DNA of 64,000 nt from Patescibacteria group bacterium (GCA_021734125.1 JAIPJN010000001.1:26957-90956); one strand, 5' to 3'. Positions 29,153 to 40,344 are shown, numbered from the stretch's first letter. Numbers and translations are program-made. Notes: generated from the sequence alone by a model not told the origin.

Positions 29153-30475
29153 TTATTCAAATATTATTTTTATGTTATTATCGCTATTTATAATGTTTAT
29201 GTATATGTTTTTAAGGCTTATTTTTAAGACATTATTATTTTTTCTTTCTTCAATACTATTTATTAATTTTAAATCATTGGCAATTGAAAAATATCTACCA
29301 TCTATAAGAGAATAATATACTTCCCCATTATTCTCTATTTTTAGACCAAAAATTTCTTTATTTTTATCTTTATATAGTTCTTTAAATTGAACATTTTTTA
29401 TATTCATTATTAATTCTTTTACATATGTTCCATCTTCTAGTTTAATTTCTTTAATTTCTGGAGATTCCATTGCAGCATGTTGTAAAAAAATATCTTTTAC
29501 ATTTATAATTTCATTTATATAATGGTTTAAATTTTTTAAATCAAATAATATACAAAATTTGTTTATTTTTTTATCCTCAATGTTTATATAAACATCAGAA
29601 TTATTATTTAGCAGAGTATCTATTTTTTCTTGATTAAATTTATATTTATCTTCAAAATTAGCTTTTAAATCCATAAACCATTTAAATTGTTCATTATTTT
29701 TTGAAAGTTTATATAATTTTTGATAAAAATTTAGTAAATTTATTTCATTTAATAAAATATAATTTTCATCAGCTTTTGATATATTATATTTTATCTCATC
29801 TTCTTCTATTTTTTTATAATTTGAATTTTTTATATTAAATTCTAAATCCTTAGAATCGTTTATAAAAGCAGTTATTTTAGTTTTTTTGTCTTTAAAATTA
29901 ATATTGTTTAAGATATTTTCAAATTCTGAATTAGTAATTAATCCTTTTATAAAATTTTGGTTTTTAAATAAATAGATAGATAAATAATCTTTATAATTAT
30001 CTTTAAAATACTTATATTTTTCAATTTCTAAATTAGGAGTATTGGATATATAAACTATTGAATTAACTTCTTTTACATATAATTTACTATTTATTGATAA
30101 ATTATTATTTATAATTCTCTCTAAAACTTCTATATTTGTATTAATATTTTTGCCTATTCTGTTCTTTCTTAAAATAAATCCAAAATTATTGTTTTTGTTA
30201 TAAAAAAAGCTAATTTCTTTTTGATAATATTTTTTAATATTTTCTAATTCCTTTATATTTAAAAAATCTTTGTCTTTTAAAAATTTTAAGAAATTATTCC
30301 CAGGTTTAGTATAGTTACTATAATTTAAATTTAAATAAATATCTGTATTTTTTGGAGTATAAAAAATTAAACTATCAAATCCTTTTTGATATAAAAATAA
30401 TATAATTAAAAATAATATTATAAATATAATTTCAAATATTATAAGTAATATTTTAGTACTTTTTTTAATCTTCAT
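29153..30475 (-). CDS. Hypothetical N-terminally membrane-anchored protein (440 aa)
   Basis: One N-terminal TM helix. The rest is low-complexity and Lys/Asn-rich with no recognisable motif. Confidence 0.4.
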   Translation of the reverse strand: MKIKKSTKILLIIFEIIFIILFLIILFLYQKGFDSLIFYTPKNTDIYLNLNYSNYTKPGNNFLKFLKDKDFLNIKELENIKKYYQKEISFFYNKNNNFGFILRKNRIGKNINTNIEVLERIINNNLSINSKLYVKEVNSIVYISNTPNLEIEKYKYFKDNYKDYLSIYLFKNQNFIKGLITNSEFENILNNINFKDKKTKITAFINDSKDLEFNIKNSNYKKIEEDEIKYNISKADENYILLNEINLLNFYQKLYKLSKNNEQFKWFMDLKANFEDKYKFNQEKIDTLLNNNSDVYINIEDKKINKFCILFDLKNLNHYINEIINVKDIFLQHAAMESPEIKEIKLEDGTYVKELIMNIKNVQFKELYKDKNKEIFGLKIENNGEVYYSLIDGRYFSIANDLKLINSIEERKNNNVLKISLKNIYINIINSDNNIKIIFE

Positions 30476-30537
30476 TTGTTAATTATATCACAAAATTTAA
30501 GGGTTAACGATTATTAGCCCTTAAAAACTTATTTATT

Positions 30538-32733
30538 TTATTTTTCTCTTCTAGGTATTGGCTTTTTTTCAAAACTTTTTCTTTCGTTTTCTTTATTTTC
30601 CTTTAATTGTTTCACAGATAAACCTAATTTTCCATTAGTCTTATCTTTTTCTATAACTTTTACTTTTACTTCATCCCCTACTTTAAAATAATCTGAAACA
30701 TTATTTACTCTTTTATGATCTATTTCAGAAATATGTAATAAACCATCTTTACTTGAACTTAACTCTATAAAAGCTCCAAAATCTAATATTTTAACAACTT
30801 TACCATTTACTATATCTCCAACTTCAAATTCTCTTATTAAATTTTCTATTGTTTTCTGTGCCAATTCTACAGATTTACTATCTTTTGCAAATAGAAATGT
30901 GGTTCCATCATCTTCTATATTAATATCAGAACCTGTTTTTTCTATAATTTCTTTTATAGTTTTACCCCCAGGACCAATAACTAGACCTATTTTTTCAGGA
31001 TCTATATTCATTTTTTTAATTCTAGGAGCATGTTCAGATAATTCTTTTCTAGGTTCTTCTATAATATTTGGAAATACCTCTTTTAATATTTGTAATCTTG
31101 CTTTTTTGGCTCTTTCTAATACTTCTTTTATAATTTTTGTATCTATACCTTCTGTTTTTGTATCCATTTGCATAGCTGTTATTCCAACTTCACTTCCCCC
31201 AACTTTAAAGTCCATACCACCTTCTCCATCTTCCATGTCTTGTATATCTGTTAATATTTTATAATTACCATTTTTATCATTTGCCATTCCAATTGCTATA
31301 CCCGCAACTGGTCTTTTAATTTTAATACCAGCATCCATTAAAGCTAAAGATGATCCACATATAGAAGCCATAGAACTTGAACCATTTGAACCCATAACTT
31401 CACTTACTACAAGTATTGTATACGGAAAATTTTCCTTTTCTGGAATAACTCCTTCTAATGCTTTTTCAGCTAATCTTCCATGTCCAATTCCTCTATTATT
31501 AGTTCCTCTTATAGGAGCTGCTTCATGATAAGCAAATGGAGCATCGCTATAATAATGTATGTATCTTTTTGTAGAGTCTTCTTCCATTGTATCAATAGTT
31601 TGTTCGTCAGATGGAGAACCTAATGTAACTACTGATAATACTTGAGTTTCTCCTCTTTGAAATATAGCAGAACCATGAGTTCTAGGAAGTAAACCAACTT
31701 CCCCATCTAATTTTCTTATTTGATCTATTTTTCTTCCATCAACTCTTTTTTCTTCTTTTAATATTGCTTCTGTAACTTTTTCTTCAATAAATTCATCAAA
31801 AAAAGAATTTATTATCTTTTTCGAATAATTTTCTTTATCTTCTATTTCTTCTTCTATTTTTGTTACTAGAAATGAAATAACTTCATTTTTTAGAGTTTTT
31901 AAAATTTCTTTTCTTTCTCTTTTTGTTCCAATAGGTATATTAAAAAGATATTTTTCGTGATTTTTATTTATATAATCTTTAGCAATATTTACTAAATCTT
32001 CATCTACTTCTTCTGTATTATATAATTCTTCAATATTAATTTTTTCTTTTCCTATTTCTTTTTGTATAGAATTTAAAAATTCTACAACAGGAGACATTTC
32101 TTTCATTGCTAACTCAAAAGCTTTTTCTGCTATATCTTCTGTTATTTCTTTTGAACCTGATTCTATCATAGTTATTTTTTCACCTGTTCCTGAAACAGTT
32201 AATTCTAAATCTAAATTTTCTCTAACTTCATAACTAGGATTTATTATATAATCACCATTTTTATACCCTATTCTAATACCTGCTAATGGACCATTCCATG
32301 GAATATCTGAAATACTTAAAGCACAAGAAGCTCCTATTATACCTAAAATATCTGGAGAATTTTCTTCATCTATAGATAAACAAGTTATAACTATTTGGAT
32401 ATCATTTCTTATTTTTTGATCAAATAAAGGCCTTATCCCTCTATCTATAAATCTTCCAGATAATATCCCTTCATCTGAAGGTCTTCCATCTCTTTTTATA
32501 AATCTTGATCCTTTTATTTTCCCAGAAGCATACATTTTTTCTTGAAAATTTACCATAAGAGGCATAAAATCAACACCTTCTCTTTGTTCTTTATTTATAA
32601 CTGCAGTCGCTAAAATAACTGTTTCTCCATATTGTACTAAACAGCTAGAATTAGTTTGATGAGCTATTTTATTTGGAGTTATTTTAAGTTTTTTACCGGC
32701 AAACTCCATCTCAAAACTTTTAATATCGTTCAT
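30538..32733 (-). CDS. pnp: Polynucleotide phosphorylase
   Basis: Two RNase PH domains, a KH domain (GLVIGPGGKTIKEI) and an S1 domain. Sits in the classical rpsO-pnp arrangement. Confidence 0.9.
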   Translation of the reverse strand: MNDIKSFEMEFAGKKLKITPNKIAHQTNSSCLVQYGETVILATAVINKEQREGVDFMPLMVNFQEKMYASGKIKGSRFIKRDGRPSDEGILSGRFIDRGIRPLFDQKIRNDIQIVITCLSIDEENSPDILGIIGASCALSISDIPWNGPLAGIRIGYKNGDYIINPSYEVRENLDLELTVSGTGEKITMIESGSKEITEDIAEKAFELAMKEMSPVVEFLNSIQKEIGKEKINIEELYNTEEVDEDLVNIAKDYINKNHEKYLFNIPIGTKRERKEILKTLKNEVISFLVTKIEEEIEDKENYSKKIINSFFDEFIEEKVTEAILKEEKRVDGRKIDQIRKLDGEVGLLPRTHGSAIFQRGETQVLSVVTLGSPSDEQTIDTMEEDSTKRYIHYYSDAPFAYHEAAPIRGTNNRGIGHGRLAEKALEGVIPEKENFPYTILVVSEVMGSNGSSSMASICGSSLALMDAGIKIKRPVAGIAIGMANDKNGNYKILTDIQDMEDGEGGMDFKVGGSEVGITAMQMDTKTEGIDTKIIKEVLERAKKARLQILKEVFPNIIEEPRKELSEHAPRIKKMNIDPEKIGLVIGPGGKTIKEIIEKTGSDINIEDDGTTFLFAKDSKSVELAQKTIENLIREFEVGDIVNGKVVKILDFGAFIELSSSKDGLLHISEIDHKRVNNVSDYFKVGDEVKVKVIEKDKTNGKLGLSVKQLKENKENERKSFEKKPIPRREK

Positions 32734-32849
32734 TTTTGATATTTCCTTTTGAGGCTAATAAATATACTCCAGACTAGAATTTTTATTCTAAGCCTAACTG
32801 TATATTTATTAACCTTATTAATAATAAATTATTTTATATTGTTTATTTT

Positions 32850-32886
32850 AAAAAAAGCGTAACTTATAAAAAATCACGCCTTTTTA
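32850..32886 (-). terminator. Hairpin plus U-tract between rpsO and pnp
   Basis: Minus strand reads GGCGUGA...UUACGC followed by UUUUUUUU. Confidence 0.4.
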
Positions 32887-32888
32887 TA

Positions 32889-33155
32889 TTAACCTCTAAT
32901 ACCCAATTCTTTTACTAGTTTTAAATAACTTTCTGGATTTTCTACTTTTAATTTCTTTAACATTCTTTTTCTTTGGCCTATTTTCCTTATAAGACCTCTT
33001 TTAGAAGAAAAATCCTGTTTGTGTTCTTGTAAATGTTTTGTAACTTGTTTGATTTCTTCTGTTAAGATAGCAATTTGAACTTCTGCTGATCCTGTATCAT
33101 TTTCATGGGTAGCAAATTTTTTAATTATTTCTTGTTTTTTGTTTATTTCTAGCAT
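32889..33155 (-). CDS. rpsO: 30S ribosomal protein S15
   Basis: Motif GSAEVQIAILTEEIKQVTKHLQEHKQDFSSKRGL...GQRKRMLKYLK. Confidence 0.85.
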   Translation of the reverse strand: MLEINKKQEIIKKFATHENDTGSAEVQIAILTEEIKQVTKHLQEHKQDFSSKRGLIRKIGQRKRMLKKLKVENPESYLKLVKELGIRG

Positions 33156-33463
33156 ATTTTTTTCCTTTCGATATCCAAGTATAATTTTTATATTAATACC
33201 TAGGTATCGGACTTAAAGCTTAATTAAATTTAGAGTTATACTAACAAAAAAAAAGCTTTTAGTCAAAGTTTATATAAAAAAATAGATTAATGTATTTTTT
33301 AGGGTGTGTATAAGTACTTTTTAGCCAATTTTAGGAAATATGTTATTTGCTAATATTAGTCATTTTTTATTTTATCCCCTTATATCCCTTGTTTTCATTG
33401 CATTTACTTATTAAAGATGATACATTGTTAATGTATCTAATTAATAGGTTTTAATTTAAACTT

Positions 33464-33736
33464 ATGAATAAAAGTGAATTAGTTGCTGCTATAGCTAGCG
33501 ACGCAAATTTATCTAAAAAAAGTGCAGAAGAAGCATTAAACTCTTTTATGGGTAATGTTAAAACTTCTCTTAAGAAGGGAGATTCAGTAGTTCTTACAGG
33601 ATTTGGAACTTTTTCAGTTTCAAAAAGAGCTGCTAGAAATGGAAGAAACCCTCAAACAGGTGCTACTATTAAAATCCCTGCTTGTAAGGTTCCTAAGTTT
33701 AAGGCTGGTAAAGGATTAAAAGAAGTTGTTAGATAA
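33464..33736 (+). CDS. hup: DNA-binding protein HU
   Basis: 90 aa with [21 protein letters not shown] and [12 protein letters not shown]. Confidence 0.85.
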   Translation: MNKSELVAAIASDANLSKKSAEEALNSFMGNVKTSLKKGDSVVLTGFGTFSVSKRAARNGRNPQTGATIKIPACKVPKFKAGKGLKEVVR

Positions 33737-33754
33737 TATATCTCGATAAAGAAA

Positions 33755-33789
33755 AAGACCATTCTTTTGCCAGAATGGTCTTTTATTTT
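33755..33789 (+). terminator. Intrinsic terminator after hup
   Basis: AAGACCATTCT-TTTGCC-AGAATGGTCTT followed by TTATTTT. Confidence 0.7.
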
Positions 33790-33822
33790 ATATAATGTAT
33801 TTATAATGAATAAAATTAAAAA

Positions 33823-35322
33823 ATGTTTAAATTATATAATACTAAAACTAAAAAGAAAGAAATTTTTAAAACTAAAAATAAAATTTTAAAAATTTACTCT
33901 TGTGGGCCTACTGTTTATAATTATGCTCATATAGGAAATTTCTCTACTTATATTTCTGTTGATTTTTTAAGAAGATATCTTATTTATTTAGGTTATAAAT
34001 TAGAACAAGTAATGAATATAACTGACGTTGGTCATCTTAAAGTATCTTCTGATAATGATTATGATCTAGATTCTAAAGGAGATAAAATTGAAATTCAAGC
34101 AAAAAAAGAAAGTGTTGATCCATATAAAATAGTAAAAAAATATACGGATGCTTTTTTATCTGACATGAAATCTTTACATATTTCTAAACCAGAGTATTTA
34201 GTTAAAGCTTCTTCTAATATAGAAGAAATGCAAACTATAATTTTAGAGCTATTAAAAAGTGGGTATGCGTATATTAGTAAAAATGAAAATATATATTTTG
34301 ATGTATCTAAATTTAAAGATTATGGTAAATTATCTGGTAAAAATTTAGATGATTTAATAGCTGGTGCTGGTGGTAGAATTAATGTTTCAAATTTAAAAGA
34401 TGAGAAAAAAAATATATTTGATTTTTCTTTATGGATAACTGATGAAAATCATATTATGAAATGGCCATTTAAAGAAGCTATAAAAAGCGGAAAAAGTGGT
34501 TATCCTGGTTGGCACATAGAATGTACTGCTATGAGTATGAAATATTTAACAAAGGCTTTAAATGGTAAAAAATTAGCTAAAGAAAAGTTTTATACAATAG
34601 ATATACATACAGGTGGTGAAGATAATATTTTTCCTCATCATGAAGATGAAATTGCCCAAACCGAAGCTTGCACCGGAAAAGAATTCTCTAATTTTTGGTT
34701 CCATAGATCACACATATTAGTAAATGAAGAAAAAATGAGTAAATCTAAAGGTAATTTTTATACTATGTCAGATTTAAAAGAAAAAGGATTTTCACCTCTT
34801 GATTATAGGTTTTTAGTTTTATCTGCTCATTATAAATCAAATTTAAATTTTACTTTAAAATCATTAAAGCAAATTAGAGAAACTAGATTAAAAATAGAAA
34901 AATGTTATAAAAATATTTTAGAAATAAAAGAAAATAATAATTTTAAAAAATTAAATATTAAAAAATATAAATCTGATTTTAATAAAGCTTTAGAAGATGA
35001 TTTAAATACCCCTTTGGCCTTGTCTATATTTTTAGAATTAGTTAAAAATATAAATAAATTAAATTTTGAAATTTATAATAAAGACGAAATAATAAAGTTT
35101 TTTTCTGATTTTGATTCTATATTTAAAATTATTGAATATAATAACGAGAAAGAAATACCAAAAAAAATATTAGATCTTGCAAATAAAAGGTTAATATTAA
35201 AAAATGAAAGAAATTACCAAGAAGCTGATATTTTAAGAAATGAAATAGATAAACTTGGTTATGAAATTTTTGATAAAAAAAATGGCTTTGAATTAAAAAA
35301 GAAAGAAAAAATAGAAGTTTAA
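33823..35322 (+). CDS. cysS: Cysteinyl-tRNA synthetase
   Basis: HIGH motif CGPTVYNYAHIGN and KMSKS motif KMSKSKGN. Confidence 0.9.
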   Translation: MFKLYNTKTKKKEIFKTKNKILKIYSCGPTVYNYAHIGNFSTYISVDFLRRYLIYLGYKLEQVMNITDVGHLKVSSDNDYDLDSKGDKIEIQAKKESVDPYKIVKKYTDAFLSDMKSLHISKPEYLVKASSNIEEMQTIILELLKSGYAYISKNENIYFDVSKFKDYGKLSGKNLDDLIAGAGGRINVSNLKDEKKNIFDFSLWITDENHIMKWPFKEAIKSGKSGYPGWHIECTAMSMKYLTKALNGKKLAKEKFYTIDIHTGGEDNIFPHHEDEIAQTEACTGKEFSNFWFHRSHILVNEEKMSKSKGNFYTMSDLKEKGFSPLDYRFLVLSAHYKSNLNFTLKSLKQIRETRLKIEKCYKNILEIKENNNFKKLNIKKYKSDFNKALEDDLNTPLALSIFLELVKNINKLNFEIYNKDEIIKFFSDFDSIFKIIEYNNEKEIPKKILDLANKRLILKNERNYQEADILRNEIDKLGYEIFDKKNGFELKKKEKIEV

Positions 35323-35327
35323 AGCTT

Positions 35328-36320
35328 CTATTTTTTTATATGTTCTGTTCCTAATTTTGTAATAGTTCTACCTCTTGGAGTTCTTTCTAAAAATCCCATT
35401 TGTATTAAAAATGGTTCATAAACATCTTCTATTGTAGACATTTCTTCACTAGTTGCGGCTGATAGCGTATTTAATCCCACTGGACCGCCTGCAAATTTAT
35501 AATAAATAGTTTCTAATATATTTCTATCAACTTGATCTAATCCAAAATTATCTATTTTTAATTTATTTAAAGCTTCTTTCGCATTTTCTTTATTAATCCC
35601 CTTTTCATTTAATACGCAACAATAATCTCTTACTCTTCTCAAAAGTCTATTTGCTATTCTTGGAGTTTTTCTAGATCTTTTTGCTATTTCTTCTGCCCCA
35701 TCATTATCTATATTTACATCTAAAATATTAGATGATCTTTTTATGATTTCTGTCATTTCATCTTTTGTATAAAATTGTAATCTAAAAATATTCCCAAATC
35801 TATCTCTCATAGGTGCTGATAATAAGCTTATTCTTGTAGTTGCTCCTATTATTGTAAATTTTGGTAAATTTATTCTTATTGTTTTTGCTGATGGCCCCTT
35901 CCCTACTATTATATCTAAAGCATAATCTTCCATTGCAGGATAAAGCATTTCTTCTACTGATTTATTTAATCTATGTATTTCATCAATAAAAAGAACATCT
36001 CCATCTTCTAAATTTGTTAATATTGCAGCTAAATCTCCTGTTTTTTCTAATATTGGACCTGATGTAATTTTTATATTAACATCCATTTCATTAGCTATTA
36101 TATGAGCTAATGTTGTTTTTCCTAGACCAGGAGGGCCATATAAAAGAACATGTTCTATATTTTCATTTCTTTTTTTAGCAGCTTTCATGAAAATATCTAA
36201 ATTTTCTTTAATGTCTTTTTGACCTATATATTCATCTAATTTTCTAGGTCTTAAACTATTTTCTTGGTTTATGTCTTCTATTTTTTCTTCATTTGTAATA
36301 ATTCTTTCTTCTTTTTCCAT
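35328..36320 (-). CDS. ruvB: Holliday junction branch-migration ATPase RuvB
   Basis: Walker [15 protein letters not shown] and the RuvB C-terminal winged-helix domain. Confidence 0.9.
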   Translation of the reverse strand: MEKEERIITNEEKIEDINQENSLRPRKLDEYIGQKDIKENLDIFMKAAKKRNENIEHVLLYGPPGLGKTTLAHIIANEMDVNIKITSGPILEKTGDLAAILTNLEDGDVLFIDEIHRLNKSVEEMLYPAMEDYALDIIVGKGPSAKTIRINLPKFTIIGATTRISLLSAPMRDRFGNIFRLQFYTKDEMTEIIKRSSNILDVNIDNDGAEEIAKRSRKTPRIANRLLRRVRDYCCVLNEKGINKENAKEALNKLKIDNFGLDQVDRNILETIYYKFAGGPVGLNTLSAATSEEMSTIEDVYEPFLIQMGFLERTPRGRTITKLGTEHIKK

Positions 36321-36583
36321 TTTTTATTTAATTTTAAATATTACTATTTAAGTTTACCAAAAAGTCCTCTAATTAACAATCTAAATAGCTATTGACATAT
36401 TATAATAAACATGATATTATCTAGTATACCTTAAAAAAATAATGCTTATAAATCTGTGGGCACGACAAGCGGGAGATTATTTTAGTAGGATAAAATGGAT
36501 AACTCTATTTTATATCTGCCTGTGATCTTTTTGCTCACAGTTTTATGTGCATTATTTTTTTTATTTAAAAAAATATATTTTTT

Positions 36584-36667
36584 ATTTTTTTATTTTTATA
36601 AAGGACCAACGGTTGTTGGTTTTTATTTTTATTTTTATAAAGGGCCAGCGATCGCTGGCCCCTACCT
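36584..36667. repeat. Tandem pair of palindromic-element units. Unit 1 has the degenerate core GGACCAACGGTTGTTGGT. Unit 2 has the perfect core GGGCCAGCGATCGCTGGCCC then CTACCT. The two units share the leader tttttatttttataaagg.
   Basis: Direct duplication visible in the sequence. The spurious ORF 36495..36749 translates both copies as FYFYKGPTVVGF and FYFYKGPAIAGP. Confidence 0.8.
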
Positions 36668-36670
36668 TTT

Positions 36671-38479
36671 TTATTCATTTTCATTAGCTTCTTGCTCACA
36701 AATTTCTTCAGATTTTCCCCTTAAACATACTTGTTGCCAAGGTACATAGTGACTTTTAAAAGTTACTTCTTTTTTTTCTCCATCTTTATATTCAACTATA
36801 TAATCAAATTCAGCATCTGCTCCGTTATGTGCTAATTCAGTACATTTAACTTCTCCTTCTTCTAAATCACAAGTATCAGTCCATTTTGTTGGAGGCGGTG
36901 ATACTATATTTTTTATTATAGGTTCTGTTATTGTAATTTTCCTATCATCATATGTGCCCCAAATTGTATATTTTAAATCATAATCATCTATTTCAGTCAT
37001 TATTAAAATATAATTTGGAGTATCATTTAAAAATCTCATATCAGGTTTAGGATAATATATAGTTGCATCCGTTCCTGCGGGTTCATAAAAACTTACTCTA
37101 TATGAATGATTTCTTCTTTCTATTATGGGAAGCCCCGCAGAAAGAGCCACCCTAAATGTTGTTGTTCCGACTTGACATAATCCTCCACCATATTCTTTTA
37201 TTGTTTCATTTCCTTTTATAACTAATTCTGGTAAATATCCTTTTTCTGAACTTATTACTCCTAACGTATTAATGAGAGAAAATTCTTCCCCTGGTTTTAC
37301 TAGTGTTCCATTTACATAAGATGATCCTAATTCTATATTATGAATTCTATTTCTAGATGATCCATAAAAATTTGATTCTCCTTCTCCTAATTTATCTATT
37401 AGTCCATATTTTACTACTTCACTATTTGTAGCTTCTGGAATTATTTCTGTTATTATTAAATCAATTTCATTTTTTAAATCTAAAATTTTATTTTCAATAA
37501 TTTCAAAAGATGCTTCTTTATCTAAAGAATAACCATTTAAAATAGGTTTAAAACTTATTACTTTATCGTTTTCTATAATTAATTCTCCTTCTTCTACATT
37601 TTTATCATTTTCTTTTGCTATTCTATCTAAAATTTCAAACATTTTTACTTTATCAATTTTTATTATAACTTTTAAAAATTCTTCTTTTTCAAAAATATAA
37701 TCAAATTTAATTAAATCTAATAAATCTTCTTTATTTAATAAATACTCTGCTTCTTTATATTTTAATTTAATAGGATTATTATTTAATATTGAAGTTGCAT
37801 TATTAAAATAATTTTCTAAATCTTCTTTTTTTATTTTTGGATTTTTTATTTCTTTGTTTAAATTTATCTTTAAATTATAAAAATTATTTTCATTAAATTT
37901 TGATTTTAATTTTTCTTTTACTTCTCCCCATACAAAAATTCTTCCATTTTTATCTTCCGTTATACTATAATTTGAATCTTCTATTACTATTCTTGAATTT
38001 TCTATTTTTTCTTCATATGGTGAAAAAATAAATTTTAATGTATCTATAAAATTATCTTTTATTTCATAATCTAAATTATATTCTTTATTTTTAAATACAT
38101 TATTAAAAAAAAGATTTAGTGTATTTATTATTTTTAAATTTTTATTTTTTAAATTATTTATAATTTCTTCTTCATTTTTAATTAGAATAATATCTTTTAT
38201 TTTAATATCTTCTTTAAAATCATCATCTTTTGATTCAAATATTATACTAGAATTTTTTATATTTTTTATTTCATTTTCAATTATAAAAACTGACTCATCT
38301 ATTTTTCTAAAAGATAAATTTTTATCTAAAAAAGTAGTTTTTGGTGGAGTATATATTAAAAATATTTTATTAATCAAAAATAATAATGTAAAAATAAAAA
38401 ATAATACTATAAAAATTTTTAATATTCTTTTATTTATTTTTTTAATATTCTTTTTATTTTTTATTTTTCTATTAAACAT
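36671..38479 (-). CDS. VanW-family protein with an N-terminal TM anchor and a Cys-rich C-terminal extension
   Basis: VanW core GGGLCQVGTTTFRVALSAGLPIIERRNHSYRVSFYEPAGTDATIYYP. Confidence 0.6.
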   Translation of the reverse strand: MFNRKIKNKKNIKKINKRILKIFIVLFFIFTLLFLINKIFLIYTPPKTTFLDKNLSFRKIDESVFIIENEIKNIKNSSIIFESKDDDFKEDIKIKDIILIKNEEEIINNLKNKNLKIINTLNLFFNNVFKNKEYNLDYEIKDNFIDTLKFIFSPYEEKIENSRIVIEDSNYSITEDKNGRIFVWGEVKEKLKSKFNENNFYNLKINLNKEIKNPKIKKEDLENYFNNATSILNNNPIKLKYKEAEYLLNKEDLLDLIKFDYIFEKEEFLKVIIKIDKVKMFEILDRIAKENDKNVEEGELIIENDKVISFKPILNGYSLDKEASFEIIENKILDLKNEIDLIITEIIPEATNSEVVKYGLIDKLGEGESNFYGSSRNRIHNIELGSSYVNGTLVKPGEEFSLINTLGVISSEKGYLPELVIKGNETIKEYGGGLCQVGTTTFRVALSAGLPIIERRNHSYRVSFYEPAGTDATIYYPKPDMRFLNDTPNYILIMTEIDDYDLKYTIWGTYDDRKITITEPIIKNIVSPPPTKWTDTCDLEEGEVKCTELAHNGADAEFDYIVEYKDGEKKEVTFKSHYVPWQQVCLRGKSEEICEQEANENE

Positions 38480-40344
38480 CGTAAATTTCTATTTATTATT
38501 TCTTCTAGATTCTCTGGTTTAAATTCTATTTTTGAAATATATTCAGAAGCACCCATATCTAATGCTTTTTTTCTATCTCCTGTTGTATTTAAATTTGTTA
38601 AAAATATAAAAGGTATATTAATTTTTTTATTATTTTTATATTCTAATAAAGAATAGCCTTGTTCTGCTATTGTATTTACCATTTTATTTTTGTCTTCTTT
38701 ATATATTATAATACCTGAAAATATTATATTAGGTTTTTTTTCTGAAATAATTTTTTTAGCTTCACCTAATTTATTTGTATAATAATATTCATAATTATTA
38801 TTTTTTATAATATTAGAACATGTATTTATTGTTTTTTTGTCATTTTGAAAAAATAAAATTTTTACATTTTTAATTTTTGTTTTTGTTTCTATATTTTTTT
38901 TATTTATAATATTACTCAAAGAGCTAATAGTATCTTCATCACATATTTCTAATTTAAAACTAAATTTACTACCCTTTTTACTAGTTTTTTCTAATTTTAA
39001 TTTGGAATTGTGCATTTCTATTATTTTTTTACTTAAATATAAACCTAAACCTGAGCCACTTGGTTTTAGTTTTATAGCATTTCCACCTCTTATAAATTTT
39101 TTAAATATTTTCGATTTATCTTTTTTTAATATACCTATACCTGTATCCTCTACTTCAATTTTTATATAATTCTTTCCTTTAATTTTTCTTTTATTTTTTG
39201 TTAATGAAATTTTTATATACCCCTTATCTGTATATCTTATAGAATTATCTAATAAATTTGATATTACATTAATAATTTTTTTATAATCACATAAAATTAA
39301 AGTATTATTATCTATATTATTTTCAAATATTAATTTAATTTTTTTATTTTTATCTATTAAAAATTTTTTTTCTTTTACTTGTTCATCTAATATTTTTATT
39401 ATATCTACACAATCTAATTTTAACTCATAATTTCCACCTTCTAATTCAAATATATCCCAAAATTCAGTTATTACATCATTTAATCTTTCAATTCCAGAAA
39501 AAGCTATATTTAAAGCTTTATCTTTTTTCATTAATCCTTCTTGAAGCATAAATAAAGAATTTTTTACTATAGAAATTGGAGTATTTAACTGATGATTTGC
39601 TATTCTCAAAAAATCAGATTTCATTTCTAATAGTTCTTCTAAATTTTTATTTTTCCCTTCTATATATTTTGTTTGTTCATTAATTTTATTTTCTAAATAT
39701 TTTTTAAATTTATCTAAAGTATTTTTTTGATTATTTATTTTGTTATATAAATGTAAATTATGTAAGGCTATAGATATTTTTTCCCTAAAATCCTCTAATG
39801 CTTTTAAATCTATTTTATTATATTTTCCATATTTTTCCCCTAGACAAAAAAATCCAATAAAACTTCTATTGAAAAATAAAGGAACTATAACTTTTGATTT
39901 TGTTTTTTTAAAATCTGATAATATTTTTTTATATAATTTTTTATTTCTTTTATTTTTTTTATTTAAATTATTTTCTGTTAATATTTCTTTATTATATTTT
40001 AAATATTTTATTAAATTATCTATTTTATATTCTTTTTTATTTTTGGTATATAAAGATAATACATATTTTTTATTATTAGAATCTAATAAAAATAATTTTA
40101 TATCTTCTATTTCTAGAATATTTAAAACTTCTTTTATTTTTTTATTCAATTCTGATTCTGTTGTATAATAATTTAATTTTGATATTTCTTCTTTAAATTT
40201 TTTATATTTATTTTTTTTAAATATAAAAATCTTCCCTTCATAAGGAATATTTTTTATATAATATAAAATACATACAAAAATAATTATTAATAAAAATAAT
40301 ATTATTAAATAATTACCGTAATATAATATAAAATTAATTATCAT
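38461..40344 (-). CDS. Hybrid sensor histidine kinase: TM, GAF-like domain, HisKA, HATPase, and a C-terminal receiver-like domain
   Basis: H-box FLRIANHQLNTPIS. ATPase G-boxes DTGIGI and GSGLGLYLSK. The C-terminal approximately 140 aa has a REC-like IPFIFLTN...ALDMGASEYISK but lacks a clear phospho-acceptor Asp. Confidence 0.75.
   Translation of the reverse strand: MIINFILYYGNYLIILFLLIIIFVCILYYIKNIPYEGKIFIFKKNKYKKFKEEISKLNYYTTESELNKKIKEVLNILEIEDIKLFLLDSNNKKYVLSLYTKNKKEYKIDNLIKYLKYNKEILTENNLNKKNKRNKKLYKKILSDFKKTKSKVIVPLFFNRSFIGFFCLGEKYGKYNKIDLKALEDFREKISIALHNLHLYNKINNQKNTLDKFKKYLENKINEQTKYIEGKNKNLEELLEMKSDFLRIANHQLNTPISIVKNSLFMLQEGLMKKDKALNIAFSGIERLNDVITEFWDIFELEGGNYELKLDCVDIIKILDEQVKEKKFLIDKNKKIKLIFENNIDNNTLILCDYKKIINVISNLLDNSIRYTDKGYIKISLTKNKRKIKGKNYIKIEVEDTGIGILKKDKSKIFKKFIRGGNAIKLKPSGSGLGLYLSKKIIEMHNSKLKLEKTSKKGSKFSFKLEICDEDTISSLSNIINKKNIETKTKIKNVKILFFQNDKKTINTCSNIIKNNNYEYYYTNKLGEAKKIISEKKPNIIFSGIIIYKEDKNKMVNTIAEQGYSLLEYKNNKKINIPFIFLTNLNTTGDRKKALDMGASEYISKIEFKPENLEEIINRNLRCLIEK

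Noticed and set aside
36495-36749. 84-aa ORF, and the possibility that the tandem repeats form a CRISPR array
   Set aside because: The ORF is just the translation of the duplicated palindromic units (FYFYKGP repeated). There are only two units with no spacers, and no cas genes are nearby, so this is not CRISPR.
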